A program made the translations under genes and the position numbers. Shown piece after piece: positions 16,857-30,480 of a stretch of 64,000 nt of DNA (positions within the stretch are counted from its first letter, which is position 1; every line of letters starts with the position of its first letter). The notes beneath the pieces are model-generated. The model was not told the origin of the DNA. It ran no database searches and saw only the letters and a list, made by a program, of their open reading frames with translations. The DNA comes from Octopus vulgaris (taxonomy: Eukaryota): NCBI GenBank assembly GCA_951406725.2, contig OX597828.1, forward strand, positions 65,472,001 to 65,536,000, given 5' to 3'.

Positions 16857-17440
16857 TAATCGCAGGGAAACATGAGACGAAATGTTTGCTCAAGAACACA
16901 ACGCGCCACCAGATATGGTGGAAATCGAAACTACGAACGCAACTGCAACACCCTCTCCACTAGGCAACGTGTCTTTAATTAAAAGTACAGTAAATAATAT
17001 TGTATAAGAATTCTTTATCAGGGAAGGTTTATTTTCTGTATAAAAAATGTTTGTTTAACGACCAGTTGTTTAGAGAATGGTTTGAACGATATTTTATTCT
17101 AGAAGAAATAAAAGGCTTTCGTTCAATATATTCCAGAATAACATATCACCCATTAAAATTTATTCCAGAGAAATATATTGAACTTGGAGTGTTTATCAGT
17201 TATGTATTTCAACATACATGCAGCATGAGGGTATAAAATATCAGTTTACGTACAACAGCAATGTTTACGCAAAGGGGCGAACGCCACTTCACTAAAAATC
17301 TTTAAGCTTCTTAAACTTTAAAGCTTCTTATAATGCTTAAGCTTCTAAGAAAAACCCAAAAAGAATCTTTAATATGTTTGTGTGTGAAAAACTGACTGTT
17401 TTTAAATATAGTAAACCGTTATTATATATATAGAGGCCTG

Positions 17441-17487
<47 letters not shown>

Positions 17488-17521
17488 GTGTGTATGTATG
17501 CATGTAGCCATTACACACATT

Positions 17522-17680
17522 TTTTCTCTCCTTATTTTTTTCTGTGTCCCTTTCTGTAGAAGAGCGTAGGCTCGAAACGCAAAATACTTTTTCCATTCTT
17601 GATCGTTATACTAATACATCTGTTTGTTTTGTACATCATCTGTCTTCGTCTTTTGTTTTTTTTTTCGTAAACTCTCCCTA
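17522..17680 (+). mobile_element. short Penelope-like terminal repeat with degenerate hammerhead
   Basis: ctgtaga-a-gagc-gtag-gctc-gaaa-cg. Same family on - at 24068-24281 and 57530-57720. Flanked by (TA)n. Confidence 0.6.
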
Positions 17681-17690
17681 TATATATATA

Positions 17691-17729
<39 letters not shown>

Positions 17730-17742
17730 GCTCATACATAGA

Positions 17743-17784
<42 letters not shown>

Positions 17785-18388
17785 GCTCATACATAGATGA
17801 TATATATATATATATATATATACATAATATCACCTATATGTATGTGTGTATGTACTTACTGAAAAGATACAAGATTTTATCGAATCTGCATAAATGTGTA
17901 AACGAATCCATTGATTCCATTGATAAACAAGTGTCAATTTTACACATTTTTCATGATGAAAGAAAAGGAGTGAACGACCTAACCTGATTCTTGCCAGGAA
18001 TTGCAACTTGTTCAGAGGCCGTATACACTTATTTTTCTACAAAAAAAGATATATACATATTTAATGGATTTTTTAGAAGCCACCAAATGATGGTATCAAA
18101 ACGCTGAAAATAACAATTTGCATAATATTATGGTTTTACGGGGAGCTGATTTAATTGGCGGAATTCTGGTTTAAGCGCCCCTTGTAACTCCTCATAACTC
18201 TTTTCTTTTTCTTTTTATTTTATTTTTTGTCTTTTGGGGGTTTTTTTTAACTTTCACAAATTTTTGGCGAATTTGTGTTCTGTGTAAAATTGAGGGGAAG
18301 ATTTCATTTTTTAGAATGTATCCCGACCTTTTCAATTGCATTCATATTGTAAATTCCTGAGATGCTCGGTATATGTTTTCGTCTATAT

Positions 18389-18807
18389 AAGGCAGCGAGC
18401 TGGCAGAAACGTTAGCACACCAGGCGAAATGCTTAGCGGTATTTCGTCTGCCGTTACGTTCTGAGTTCAAATTCCGCCGGGGTCGACTTTGCCTTTCATC
18501 CTTTCGGGGTCGATTAAAATAAGTACCAGTTACGCCCTGGAGTCGATATAATCGACTTAGTCCGTTTGTCTGTCCTTGTTTGTCCTCTCTGTGTTTAGCC
18601 CCTTGTGGGTAGTAAAGAAACAGGTATTTCGTCTGCCGCTACGTTCAGAGTTCAAATTCCGCCGAGGTTGACTTTGCCTTCCATCCTTTCGGGGTCGATT
18701 AAAATAAGTACCAGTTACGCACTGCGGTCGATATAATCGACTTAATCCGTTTTTCTGGCCTTGTTTGTCCTCTCTGTGTTTAGCCCCTTGTGAGTAGTAA
18801 AGAAATA
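18389..18807 (+). mobile_element. SINE family A with internally duplicated 3' part
   Basis: One full copy plus a second headless copy inside one 21-bp TSD ggtatatgttttcgtctatat (18368-18388 / 18808-18828). Confidence 0.92.
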
Positions 18808-20215
18808 GGTATATGTTTTCGTCTATATTCCATTTTATTGCAAATTTCTGTATTCTTTGATCCTTCAGCTGATAGGTACTTTTTTTTTTGTTCAATGAAG
18901 AGGGATCACATTTCTTCTTATTTTTTAACGATTAGTTACGTTGCACGTATCGGGCCTTGTATGTTTTTTTCAATAACATCAGTAAGTGATACACCAACGC
19001 TTTACTCTAGTTCATCCTTTCAAGAAGTATTTTTGGAAAGACAACAGTTAGTTGTACTTTCACAGTTACATTTTCATCTAATTCTCTCATTTTGGCTTTT
19101 TAAAATTTCCATTACACTCTTTCGTTTATTGTTTTCATTTCTTTTCAGTGTTCTACATTTTTTTCATTCAGTTTTATTTGTTTAACTTGAAATTATTTGC
19201 TTGCTCGTAAATTTTACTTGAGTATTTTATTTGTCTATCTACCTATCTATCTATCTAAGCATAAATCTGTAACAATAAGAGACAACGAGAGAAAAGGTAC
19301 TTACTCTTGTGTACATTTTGAACTGTCTGAGGTGACCTTGGTCTTTTTTGTAGGTTTTTCTTTCCAAGGCTACACCTAAACTGTGAAAAATATCTTTTGG
19401 GGGGAACTTTATATATCTCTTTTTCATACACCACATAACCCAAAGATCCCTAGTGATCGAACTTTTTCTTTGTGTGTCCCACCCATCCCACCTCGAAAAG
19501 AAAAACTGCACATTGTATTTCGTCTATTTTTTAATGTTTAGCCCTGTGTGGCCATAATAAAAACATATCTATCTTTCTTTCTTTCTGTCTATCTGATATG
19601 TCTCATTTCAACAACCTGTGACCAGAACTTGAAACCGAGTCAATGGACATCTAGAATCAAGCACTTTCAAGAACCTTTCTATTACACTTGTCTCTTCTTC
19701 ATCTCGCTCCATTATTTTCTTGTCCTTTAATTCTGACTACGCATCATGTATATCGTTCATCCCCTATCATGCAATATGCATCATTTCGTAACTAGTAACA
19801 TGTAACATAAAATCTTGCATCATAAAACAAACTATGTAAACCACATAAACCCCGCTCCCTCTTCGTAACTTATCTCCCCCTATCACCACCTCTTTTATTC
19901 AACCATCATTGCATCATTCACATCACAACTTTATATTTCATATATTTTTCTCATTTCCTCTTTTACCCTTGTAGTCATTTTTCTCATTCATTTTCATTTT
20001 CATTCTTCACCTTTCACTCCCCACGTATTCCTATCATCTATATACATCCATATATATATATATATATATATATATATTCCTGCATGCATGTGCGTGTCCA
20101 AATCGTAGGCATCTATGAATACGACTGTAGATAGATAGACAGAGAGATAGACAGACAGACAGATAGATAGATAAACAGAGTGACAGACAGACAGACAGAT
20201 AGCTAGCTAGCTAGC

Positions 20216-20301
<86 letters not shown>

Positions 20302-20913
20302 TGTGTGTATGTATGTACATATGTATGTGTGCATACAATATGTGTATGTATGTATGGCGAGAGTCAAAGAGAGAGGGAGATGCTTTTATACAAACATGCA
20401 TCCCTTTTTGTTAGTTCATGGAGCAATTACTTTCAAAATTTCCACCTGCAATACATTGACGCATATTTCACTCAATAAATATATTCATGTTTATGGAGGA
20501 CAATTAGGCTATTTAGAATATAAACGAATAAAGTAATGCGTTGGGAGTGGAACGGAAAAACAAATTTCATAAAGAAATATAAAAGGATTTTCGCCTTCAG
20601 AACTGTTATTTCACTTCACAATAAAATGATATTAATGATACATTTTCATGGGTGTATATGTGCACGCGTACAAGTTTCTGTATAACTATGTATACATGTA
20701 TACTTATATATCATATATGTATTCTCTGTGTGAGCACGCATGAGCGTGTGTATGCGTTTTGTATTAAAACCATGGCTGTTTAAATTTAATCTCTTTTTGT
20801 AAAGATTTTTCATATTCCTTATGAATCCTTTATGTTAAGTTTGGAACAACGGCATTTCTAAATCCATTCAGGTTTCAATATCTTCTTTCGTCCCAATGAC
20901 TGAATTGAATATA

Positions 20914-21555
20914 AAGGCGGCGAAAGGGCAGAATTGATAGCAACCCGGCAAAATGCTTAGAGGTATTTCGTCCGTCCTTTTGATCTGAGATCAAATTCTG
21001 CCGAGGTCGACTTTGCCTGTCATCATTTCGAGTTCGATAAAAAGAGTTGAGCGCTGGGATCGATGTAAATTGCTGCCCCCAACTTCCTGACCTTGTGCCA
21101 AAATTTTAAATCAATATCTTTTTTCGTCCCAATAATAGACTGGAAAGTGAAAGTGGTGAGCGGGCAGAAACGTTAGCACATCGGACAAAATGCTTAGTGG
21201 TATTTCGTCTGCCGTTACGTTCTGAGTTCAAATTCCGCCGAGGTCGACTTTGACTTTCATCCTTTCGGGGTTGATAAATTAAGTACCAGTTACGCACTGG
21301 GGTCGATATAATCGGCTTAATCCGTTTGTCTGTCCTTGTTTATCCTTTCTGTGTTTAGTCCCTTGTGGGTAGTAAAGAAATAGGTATTTCTTCCGTCAGA
21401 TTACGTTCTAAGTTCAAATTTCGCCGACGTTGACTTTGCCTTTCATCCCTTCGAGGTCGATAAAATAAAGCACCACTTAAGTACTGCGGTCAATATAAAT
21501 GATTTACCCTCTCCTGAAAAATTGCTAGCCTTGTACCAAAATTTGAAACCAATAT
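20914..21555 (+). mobile_element. cluster of three SINE family A copies
   Basis: Repeated family A head and core at ~20914, ~21150 and ~21385. Confidence 0.85.
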
Positions 21556-21677
21556 TTGAATGGAATGTTAACAACATAGTTGATGAGTTAACGCTAATTT
21601 CCCTTCATAATTTGTTTCAGTGGGTTGCGTCTCTGTTGATTTCTTTACTTTCTTTATTACTAATAAAGCTTTCAAAG

Positions 21678-21791
<114 letters not shown>

Positions 21792-21914
21792 GAATTGAAT
21801 ATCAAATGGTACTGCAGTCGACTGATGGTTATTCTCTAATTACATATCGTCTACAGTTTGTAAGATATTGGAATGATCCTTTGTTGCACGATGGTGGACT
21901 GAAAGATTCATAGG

Positions 21915-22248
21915 CTATGAAAGGGTGATGCCAGAGCTGTGAAATCTTGCGTACATTAATTTCAACTCTTCTTATTCTCTTAATTTCACCCTATTCGACT
22001 ATTTTCTGTTCCCAAGCATGAAAAAACATTTGACTAGTAACCAGTCTCATTGTGAGCGTGTCGATATCTACTGATGATTTTTTTCCCAACTGGATGAAAG
22101 CTTCTGTACTAATGGGACTCAAGTACTACAACACCGATGAAAGAAGTGTGTGTACCGCAAATGAGTCTATGTTGAAAAATAAACCTCATTTGCTCACATT
22201 CCATGAGAGTATCTGAGTCAGCTTATGAACTTTTCAGTCGACTCTCAT
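21915..22248 (+). mobile_element. mariner 3' remnant
   Basis: YSLNFTLFDYFLFPSMKKHL (degenerate YSPDLAPxD), ...KKCVYRK*VYVEK*, followed by a TIR-like gaacttttcagtcgactctcata. Confidence 0.75.
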
Positions 22249-22253
22249 AAATA

Positions 22254-22819
22254 TTGGGTTGTCCGGAATGTTCGTGCCGATTTATAGTAGCTTACCTTTC
22301 GACTTATTTTAGAACATAGCTGAATCCATAAAATAGGATTTGACTACACCTCCATTTAGAGCACAGTTTAAGCTATCTTTTCGTCGAAGAAGATTTATGT
22401 TCCTATAACCTGTGTTAATTTTGTCACCCTTTAAAATGGAAGATAAAAAGTTCATTTTCGGCACTTGATGCTTTGGGAACCAGACAAAAATTGCTGCAGC
22501 TCGGCTGGTTTGTGTTATCCCCACCCTCTCTATTCACCAGATATTGCTCCTTCGGATTTCTACTTATGCATGTCTCTGCAGAATAGTCATAATGGTAAAA
22601 ATTTCAATTCCTTAGATGAGGTAAAAAGATACCTTGATGAATTCGTTGCCGTGAAACCACCTCAATTCTGGGAAAAGGGTATTTTCAAGTTAAAGGAAAG
22701 ATGGAGACACATTGTGCAACAAAATGGTTCATATTTGGTTGATTAAAAATGCAGTGACAAGTATTTATTGACCTTTTTCTTTCCTTTAAAAATCGGCACG
22801 AACTTTCCGGACAACCCAA
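22254..22819 (+). mobile_element. internally deleted mariner (DD34D) element
   Basis: TIRs ttgggttgtccggaa.gttcgtgccgattt / aaatcggcacgaactttccggacaacccaa, TA TSDs, C-terminus PHPLYSPDIAPSDFYL...GIFKLKERWRHIVQQNGSYLVD. Confidence 0.93.
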
Positions 22820-23387
22820 TACATAATCATCCGATGAGGTATATATATATATATAAGCAACTTAACCATGAACTTTACAGCATTCCTGTTTACATTTAAA
22901 CGAGTATAGTACGTCGGTCTGAATTAGGTTCTGTAGCCTCCAATTATCTTTCATTCTGGTGTTTTAATCTATCCTAATAATTGCTAGAAGTCGTACATGT
23001 TGTGTGTTTTATTAAATTTTAATGATGTACTCATTCATTCTGTAGGTAGGATGCATTTAGTTCATGCGATATACCATGTGACATTTTACTATGTGGTGTG
23101 TTTGTTATATCTGTGCGGGCATATATGTTCATTTTCTATTACATTCTTAGTTATTATGCTATTATGGAACACGTTATTGATTAATATTTGTTTCACTCTA
23201 AGATTTCCCTTATTTAATACATTTTCCTTGTACTAAGATTGAAAAGTTTGTCAAAAGAGTGATTAGACTACATTATTTTTTCTTTCGTCTTTGAGAGGAT
23301 GTAGTATTTTACATCTAGCTGAACATAAAAACAAAATTAATATGTATGTGTGTGTGTGTGTATGTATGTATCATGTATGTATGTATG

Positions 23388-23491
<104 letters not shown>

Positions 23492-23789
23492 CGAGTATGT
23501 ATGCGTGTGAGTATGTATGTCTGCAAGCATATATGTATGCACGTGTGTTTGTACGTATGTATTTTCATGCATTTGTTGAATCTGACTTTCTTCTTTTTTT
23601 TAGCTATGAAATCCTTAATATTCGAACATAACTGCTATTTCGATTTAGTTGAATCATTCCAGCCAAGAAGTAGCTGAGATTATTTTAGGAGAAAAGCAAA
23701 AATATTTTGAAGAATTCCACTCGGGGGAAGTCTTTCGTGTGCTTAGTTCTTTCGTTGTGTAGAACAGAGGGAAAGGGAGAAACAGAGAA

Positions 23790-23831
<42 letters not shown>

Positions 23832-24032
23832 AAAAAAGATAGAAAATGCTAAAATAATTTTATAAAAAACATTTCAGTACCGGTTCCAGTCATTGAGACT
23901 TTTTCAACTGTAACAATTAAATAATTAAATTTAGAAAAATTAAAAGAAAAGTTTTTATAAAAGAAAATTTGTATAGTGTTCAAATACAAGTGGCATTTTC
24001 CTAGTTTCTGCCTGTCTCTGTCTCTCTTGTAA

Positions 24033-24067
<35 letters not shown>

Positions 24068-24068
<1 letters not shown>

Positions 24069-24278
24069 CGGGGAGCTTTATGAAAATAAACAAAAGACGA
24101 AGGCAGGTGGAATACAAACAAACACTTGTATTAGTATGGCGCTCAGGAATATAAATAAAACAAGTCTTTTACGTTTCGAACCTACGCTCTTCAACAGAAA
24201 GATACACAGAAAAGAAACACGGAAAGAAACAAGGAAAGAAAAAAAAAGCGTGCAGAAGCTAGCGAATCAACATGGCGA

Positions 24279-24281
<3 letters not shown>
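24068..24281 (-). mobile_element. short Penelope-like terminal repeat with degenerate hammerhead
   Basis: Reverse complement ctgttga-a-gagc-gtag-gttc-gaaa-cg-ta-aaag. Homologous to 17522-17680. (TA)n on both sides. Confidence 0.6.
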
Positions 24282-24352
<71 letters not shown>

Positions 24353-24620
24353 AATTTACTTCTCAATATTGCGCTCAGTTTGATAAGAACAACTCCAATG
24401 TTATTGCGAATCGCAGGTGTAGTAATTGATGTGATTATTTGTTAAGCCATATATCAGTTGTGAAGTTATTAGATGTTTAACGCTTACCATTTTCAGCGAC
24501 GTGTCGAAAGCGTGCTCCCTTTGACTGGCATGGACGACAATTTGTTCAATGACGTAGACTCATGGCCACCTGCCGTGCATTAGTAATTAAGGATAACAGA
24601 AGTCAATGTAATTCATGTAT

Positions 24621-24657
<37 letters not shown>

Positions 24658-24941
24658 CACACTTCTTTTCTTTTGCTTCTACTTGTTTCAGTCATCAGAC
24701 AACGGTCATTCTGGGACGCTGCCTTTAAGGATTCTAGTCGAGCGAATCGACACCGGCTCTTACTTTTTTAAACCGGGAACTCACTCTATCGTTCTCATTT
24801 GTCGAACCCCTATGTTATGGGGACGTTAACACACCAACACCAGTTGTCAACACACTCACATAAAAGCACGCGCACACACACATACATACACGCATGCATA
24901 CATACATGTATATATTAATTGATTCGACCCCCATTTTCCCA

Positions 24942-25005
<64 letters not shown>

Positions 25006-25079
25006 GTTTCATGTTCTACAAACTTTAAAAGAAGATTAGGTAATCCCTTTCAAGAATAGAGTAAAAAGGAACGGTAAAA

Positions 25080-25470
25080 AGCGTGGCTGTGTGATAAGAA
25101 GCTTGCTTCCCAACCACATTGCGTGGCACATTGAACAAGTGTCTTTTAGTGTAGCTTTGGGCCTTGTGAATGGGTTTGGTAGACGGAAACTGAAAGAAGC
25201 CTGTTGTGTGTATATATATATATATATTATATATATATGTATTATATATATATATATACATATATATATACTTATGTGTGTTTATATTTGCCTCACCCCT
25301 TCTGCCGCTTGACAACCGGTGCTGGTGTATTTATGCCCTTGTAACTCAGTTGTTCGACTCGGCTTTTAAAAAAATAAATACTAGTGATGTTACATTAGAT
25401 TAAATTTCTTCAGGGTGATGCCCCAGCATGGCCGCAGTCTAATGACCGAAACAAGTAAAAGATAAAAGAC
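25080..25470 (+). mobile_element. SINE family B (diverged)
   Basis: gtggctgtgtg.taagaagcttgcttcc head, internal (TA)n, ccccagcatggccgcagtctaatgaccgaaacaagtaaaagat tail. Confidence 0.85.
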
Positions 25471-26087
25471 AAGTGCAAGTTTGAGTGGGTTCGTTTGAAC
25501 TTTAAAAGGGAATGAGACACCAAATATGACATTCAATGTTGAACCATTGGTTGTGCGTTACCATATACTAATAGGAATCGGAAATGGGATCTCTGCTTTG
25601 AAGAAATATTCCATATCCTTAAATCTGAATGCAAATTATTAAACTGCCGATACGAATTAGCGACAAAATGCGAGCGTCCATATAGAAAAGTTTTTTAATA
25701 TTTTCCAAATAGTTAATTTTAATTTGAACTGTTTTAGCTAAAAGAGCACATAAGTTAACCTAGTCAAATACTCACAAATTTATTTAATATTTATCATATC
25801 TATAAAAGGGAGAATGTGTGTGCGTGTGTGTACGTGATTGTGATTTATGCACGTCCACAAATTAGCAAGCATGTCTCTCAAATTTTAGGAGGACATTTGT
25901 CAACATCCTATCTGGGTTTTGTCAACTTATTTTTACCCCGAGGCACCCGTGGGTAGCGTAAATATCTATTTTCAGACAGCTTTTAGCCACGAAAAATATT
26001 AGCATTAGCTTTTTTGCCAGCGTCTAACAAAAAAATAAGATAAAGAAAAGTGGAAAAAGGAGGCAGAGAGTTTCACGGGAAAGACAA

Positions 26088-26153
<66 letters not shown>

Positions 26154-26549
26154 AGTTATGACGTTCATACAAAATAAAATGTAAAATGTTTTGTTTTTTG
26201 TTTTTGAAAGACACTATATTTTATAATCATAGTATATATACTTTATCACACATAAATTACAATATATTTATTTTAAATATAAATATACTGTAATTGTTCT
26301 ATAATACAATATAAAGTAATATAACATAATATAATATAAATATATATTTTTATATTATATTATATATATATAATATATATAATATATATAATATATAATA
26401 TAAAATAAATATAAGAGAGTGGTCACTATATGGCTCACTCTAGCACCAGTTAATCCAAAAGGTTTCAACCACAAAAAATACATGCTTCCCATGAAAATCA
26501 GTACGATTGTTAGCTCACACGGACAGGGCAAATAAAAAATAACAAAATA

Positions 26550-26645
26550 CAGATTATTTTGGGACAATTGTTTCGCTATTAATGAATTAAATGTAATTTT
26601 ACTTACAATAAAATCCACTTGTAGCTCTTCGGCCAAAACTATCTG
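26550..26645 (-). ncRNA. type I hammerhead ribozyme-like motif (array unit)
   Basis: Reverse complement of the motif at 28245-28340. Confidence 0.75.
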
Positions 26646-27084
26646 GATGAAATCCACTCAATCACACGCCAGATTTTACCATAACGATAAATACGCGTGT
26701 GGTTCAATTGATTACATCCGACGTTATAATTCAAATGCCCCAACTAACAGCGCGCCAAACTCTCACGGAAAACAAATACAGCATTTAGAAATAAATGCAG
26801 CATAATTATAATTAATTAATAAGGGTGAGAGAATTAGATACTAATTTAATAGTATATCTATTCTACACCAAGTGGCCTAGTGCTCCGAGAAACCTGGATT
26901 ATTATAATATTTTATAATATATTATAATATTTTTACAAAATAAATATAAGAGAGTGGTCACTATATGGCTCACTCTAGCACCAGTTAATCCAAAAGGTTT
27001 CAACCACAAAAAATACATGCTTCCCATGAAAATCAGTACGATTGTTAGCTCACACGGACAGGGCAAATAAAAAATAACAAAATA

Positions 27085-27180
27085 CAGATTATTTTGGGAC
27101 AATTGTTTCGCTATTAATGAATTAAATGTAATTTTACTTACAATAAAATCCACTTGTAGCTCTTCGGCCAAAACTATCTG
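27085..27180 (-). ncRNA. type I hammerhead ribozyme-like motif (array unit)
   Basis: Reverse complement of the motif at 28245-28340. Confidence 0.75.
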
Positions 27181-27709
27181 GATGAAATCCACTCAATCAC
27201 ACGCCAGATTTTACCATAACGATAAATACGCGTGTGGTTCAATTGATTACATCCGACGTTATAATTCAAATGCCCCAACTAACAGCGCGCCAAACTCTCA
27301 CGGAAAACAAATACAGCATTTAGAAATAAATGCAGCATAATTATAATTAATTAATAAGGGTGAGAGAATTAGATACTAATTTAATAGTATATCTATTCTA
27401 CACCAAGTGGCCTAGTGCTCCGAGAAACCTGGATTATTATAATATTTTATAATATATTATAATATTTTTACAAAATAAATATAGGCCACTTGGTGTAGAA
27501 TAGATATACTATTAAATTAGTATCTAATTCTCTCACCCTTATTAATTAATTATAATTATGCTGCATTTATTTCTAAATGCTGATTGTTTCCGTGAGATTT
27601 GGCCGCTTTAGTTGGGGCATTTGAATTATAACGTCGGATGTAATCAATTGAACCACACGCGTATTTATCGTTATGGTAAAATCTGGCGTGTGATTGAGTG
27701 GATTTCATC

Positions 27710-27805
27710 CAGATAGTTTTGGCCGAAGAGCTACAAGTGGATTTTATTGTAAGTAAAATTACATTTAATTCATTAATAGCGAAACAATTGTCCCAAAATA
27801 ATCTG
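27710..27805 (+). ncRNA. type I hammerhead ribozyme-like motif (array unit)
   Basis: Same sequence as 28245-28340. Confidence 0.75.
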
Positions 27806-28244
27806 TATTTTGTTATTTTTTATTTGCCCTGTCCGTGTGAGCTAACAATCGTACTGATTTTCATGGGAAGCATGTATTTTTTGTGGTTGAAACCTTTTGG
27901 ATTAACTGGTGCTAGAGTGAGCCATATAGTGACCACTCTCTTATATTTATTTTGTAAAAATATTATAATATATTATAAAATATTATAATAATCCAGGTTT
28001 CTCGGAGCACTAGGCCACTTGGTGTAGAATAGATATACTATTAAATTAGTATCTAATTCTCTCACCCTTATTAATTAATTATAATTATGCTGCATTTATT
28101 TCTAAATGCTGTATTTGTTTTCCGTGAGAGTTTGGCGCGCTGTTAGTTGGGGCATTTGAATTATAACGTCGGATGTAATCAATTGAACCACACGCGTATT
28201 TATCGTTATGGTAAAATCTGGCGTGTGATTGAGTGGATTTCATC

Positions 28245-28340
28245 CAGATAGTTTTGGCCGAAGAGCTACAAGTGGATTTTATTGTAAGTAAAATTACATT
28301 TAATTCATTAATAGCGAAACAATTGTCCCAAAATAATCTG
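28245..28340 (+). ncRNA. type I hammerhead ribozyme-like motif (array unit)
   Basis: Stem I cagatagttttgg/ccaaaataatctg (13 bp, one A.A mismatch). Core CCGAAGA (U4C variant of CUGANGA). Stem II gcta...tagc with extended hairpin. GAAA. Palindromic stem III acaattgt. GUC site with predicted cleavage after 28327. Confidence 0.78.
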
Positions 28341-28779
28341 TATTTTGTTATTTTTTATTTGCCCTGTCCGTGTGAGCTAACAATCGTACTGATTTTCATG
28401 GGAAGCATGTATTTTTTGTGGTTGAAACCTTTTGGATTAACTGGTGCTAGAGTGAGCCATATAGTGACCACTCTCTTATATTTATTTTGTAAAAATATTA
28501 TAATATATTATAAAATATTATAATAATCCAGGTTTCTCGGAGCACTAGGCCACTTGGTGTAGAATAGATATACTATTAAATTAGTATCTAATTCTCTCAC
28601 CCTTATTAATTAATTATAATTATGCTGCATTTATTTCTAAATGCTGTATTTGTTTTCCGTGAGAGTTTGGCGCGCTGTTAGTTGGGGCATTTGAATTATA
28701 ACGTCGGATGTAATCAATTGAACCACACGCGTATTTATCGTTATGGTAAAATCTGGCGTGTGATTGAGTGGATTTCATC

Positions 28780-28875
28780 CAGATAGTTTTGGCCGAAGAG
28801 CTACAAGTGGATTTTATTGTAAGTAAAATTACATTTAATTCATTAATAGCGAAACAATTGTCCCAAAATAATCTG
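28780..28875 (+). ncRNA. type I hammerhead ribozyme-like motif (array unit)
   Basis: Same sequence as 28245-28340. Confidence 0.75.
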
Positions 28876-29314
28876 TATTTTGTTATTTTTTATTTGCCCT
28901 GTCCGTGTGAGCTAACAATCGTACTGATTTTCATGGGAAGCATGTATTTTTTGTGGTTGAAACCTTTTGGATTAACTGGTGCTAGAGTGAGCCATATAGT
29001 GACCACTCTCTTATATTTATTTTGTAAAAATATTATAATATATTATAAAATATTATAATAATCCAGGTTTCTCGGAGCACTAGGCCACTTGGTGTAGAAT
29101 AGATATACTATTAAATTAGTATCTAATTCTCTCACCCTTATTAATTAATTATAATTATGCTGCATTTATTTCTAAATGCTGTATTTGTTTTCCGTGAGAG
29201 TTTGGCGCGCTGTTAGTTGGGGCATTTGAATTATAACGTCGGATGTAATCAATTGAACCACACGCGTATTTATCGTTATGGTAAAATCTGGCGTGTGATT
29301 GAGTGGATTTCATC

Positions 29315-29410
29315 CAGATAGTTTTGGCCGAAGAGCTACAAGTGGATTTTATTGTAAGTAAAATTACATTTAATTCATTAATAGCGAAACAATTGTCCCA
29401 AAATAATCTG
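29315..29410 (+). ncRNA. type I hammerhead ribozyme-like motif (array unit)
   Basis: Same sequence as 28245-28340. Confidence 0.75.
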
Positions 29411-29849
29411 TATTTTGTTATTTTTTATTTGCCCTGTCCGTGTGAGCTAACAATCGTACTGATTTTCATGGGAAGCATGTATTTTTTGTGGTTGAAACCT
29501 TTTGGATTAACTGGTGCTAGAGTGAGCCATATAGTGACCACTCTCTTATATTTATTTTGTAAAAATATTATAATATATTATAAAATATTATAATAATCCA
29601 GGTTTCTCGGAGCACTAGGCCACTTGGTGTAGAATAGATATACTATTAAATTAGTATCTAATTCTCTCACCCTTATTAATTAATTATAATTATGCTGCAT
29701 TTATTTCTAAATGCTGTATTTGTTTTCCGTGAGAGTTTGGCGCGCTGTTAGTTGGGGCATTTGAATTATAACGTCGGATGTAATCAATTGAACCACACGC
29801 GTATTTATCGTTATGGTAAAATCTGGCGTGTGATTGAGTGGATTTCATC

Positions 29850-29945
29850 CAGATAGTTTTGGCCGAAGAGCTACAAGTGGATTTTATTGTAAGTAAAATT
29901 ACATTTAATTCATTAATAGCGAAACAATTGTCCCAAAATAATCTG
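29850..29945 (+). ncRNA. type I hammerhead ribozyme-like motif (array unit)
   Basis: Same sequence as 28245-28340. Confidence 0.75.
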
Positions 29946-30384
29946 TATTTTGTTATTTTTTATTTGCCCTGTCCGTGTGAGCTAACAATCGTACTGATTT
30001 TCATGGGAAGCATGTATTTTTTGTGGTTGAAACCTTTTGGATTAACTGGTGCTAGAGTGAGCCATATAGTGACCACTCTCTTATATTTATTTTGTAAAAA
30101 TATTATAATATATTATAAAATATTATAATAATCCAGGTTTCTCGGAGCACTAGGCCACTTGGTGTAGAATAGATATACTATTAAATTAGTATCTAATTCT
30201 CTCACCCTTATTAATTAATTATAATTATGCTGCATTTATTTCTAAATGCTGTATTTGTTTTCCGTGAGAGTTTGGCGCGCTGTTAGTTGGGGCATTTGAA
30301 TTATAACGTCGGATGTAATCAATTGAACCACACGCGTATTTATCGTTATGGTAAAATCTGGCGTGTGATTGAGTGGATTTCATC

Positions 30385-30480
30385 CAGATAGTTTTGGCCG
30401 AAGAGCTACAAGTGGATTTTATTGTAAGTAAAATTACATTTAATTCATTAATAGCGAAACAATTGTCCCAAAATAATCTG
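30385..30480 (+). ncRNA. type I hammerhead ribozyme-like motif (array unit)
   Basis: Same sequence as 28245-28340. Confidence 0.75.

Larger units (their letters stand above)
26402..27483 (-). repeat. 535-bp tandem array, inverted block (2 units + 12 bp)
   Basis: The unit recurs at 26402, 26937 and 27472. Reverse complement of the + block. Confidence 0.97.
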
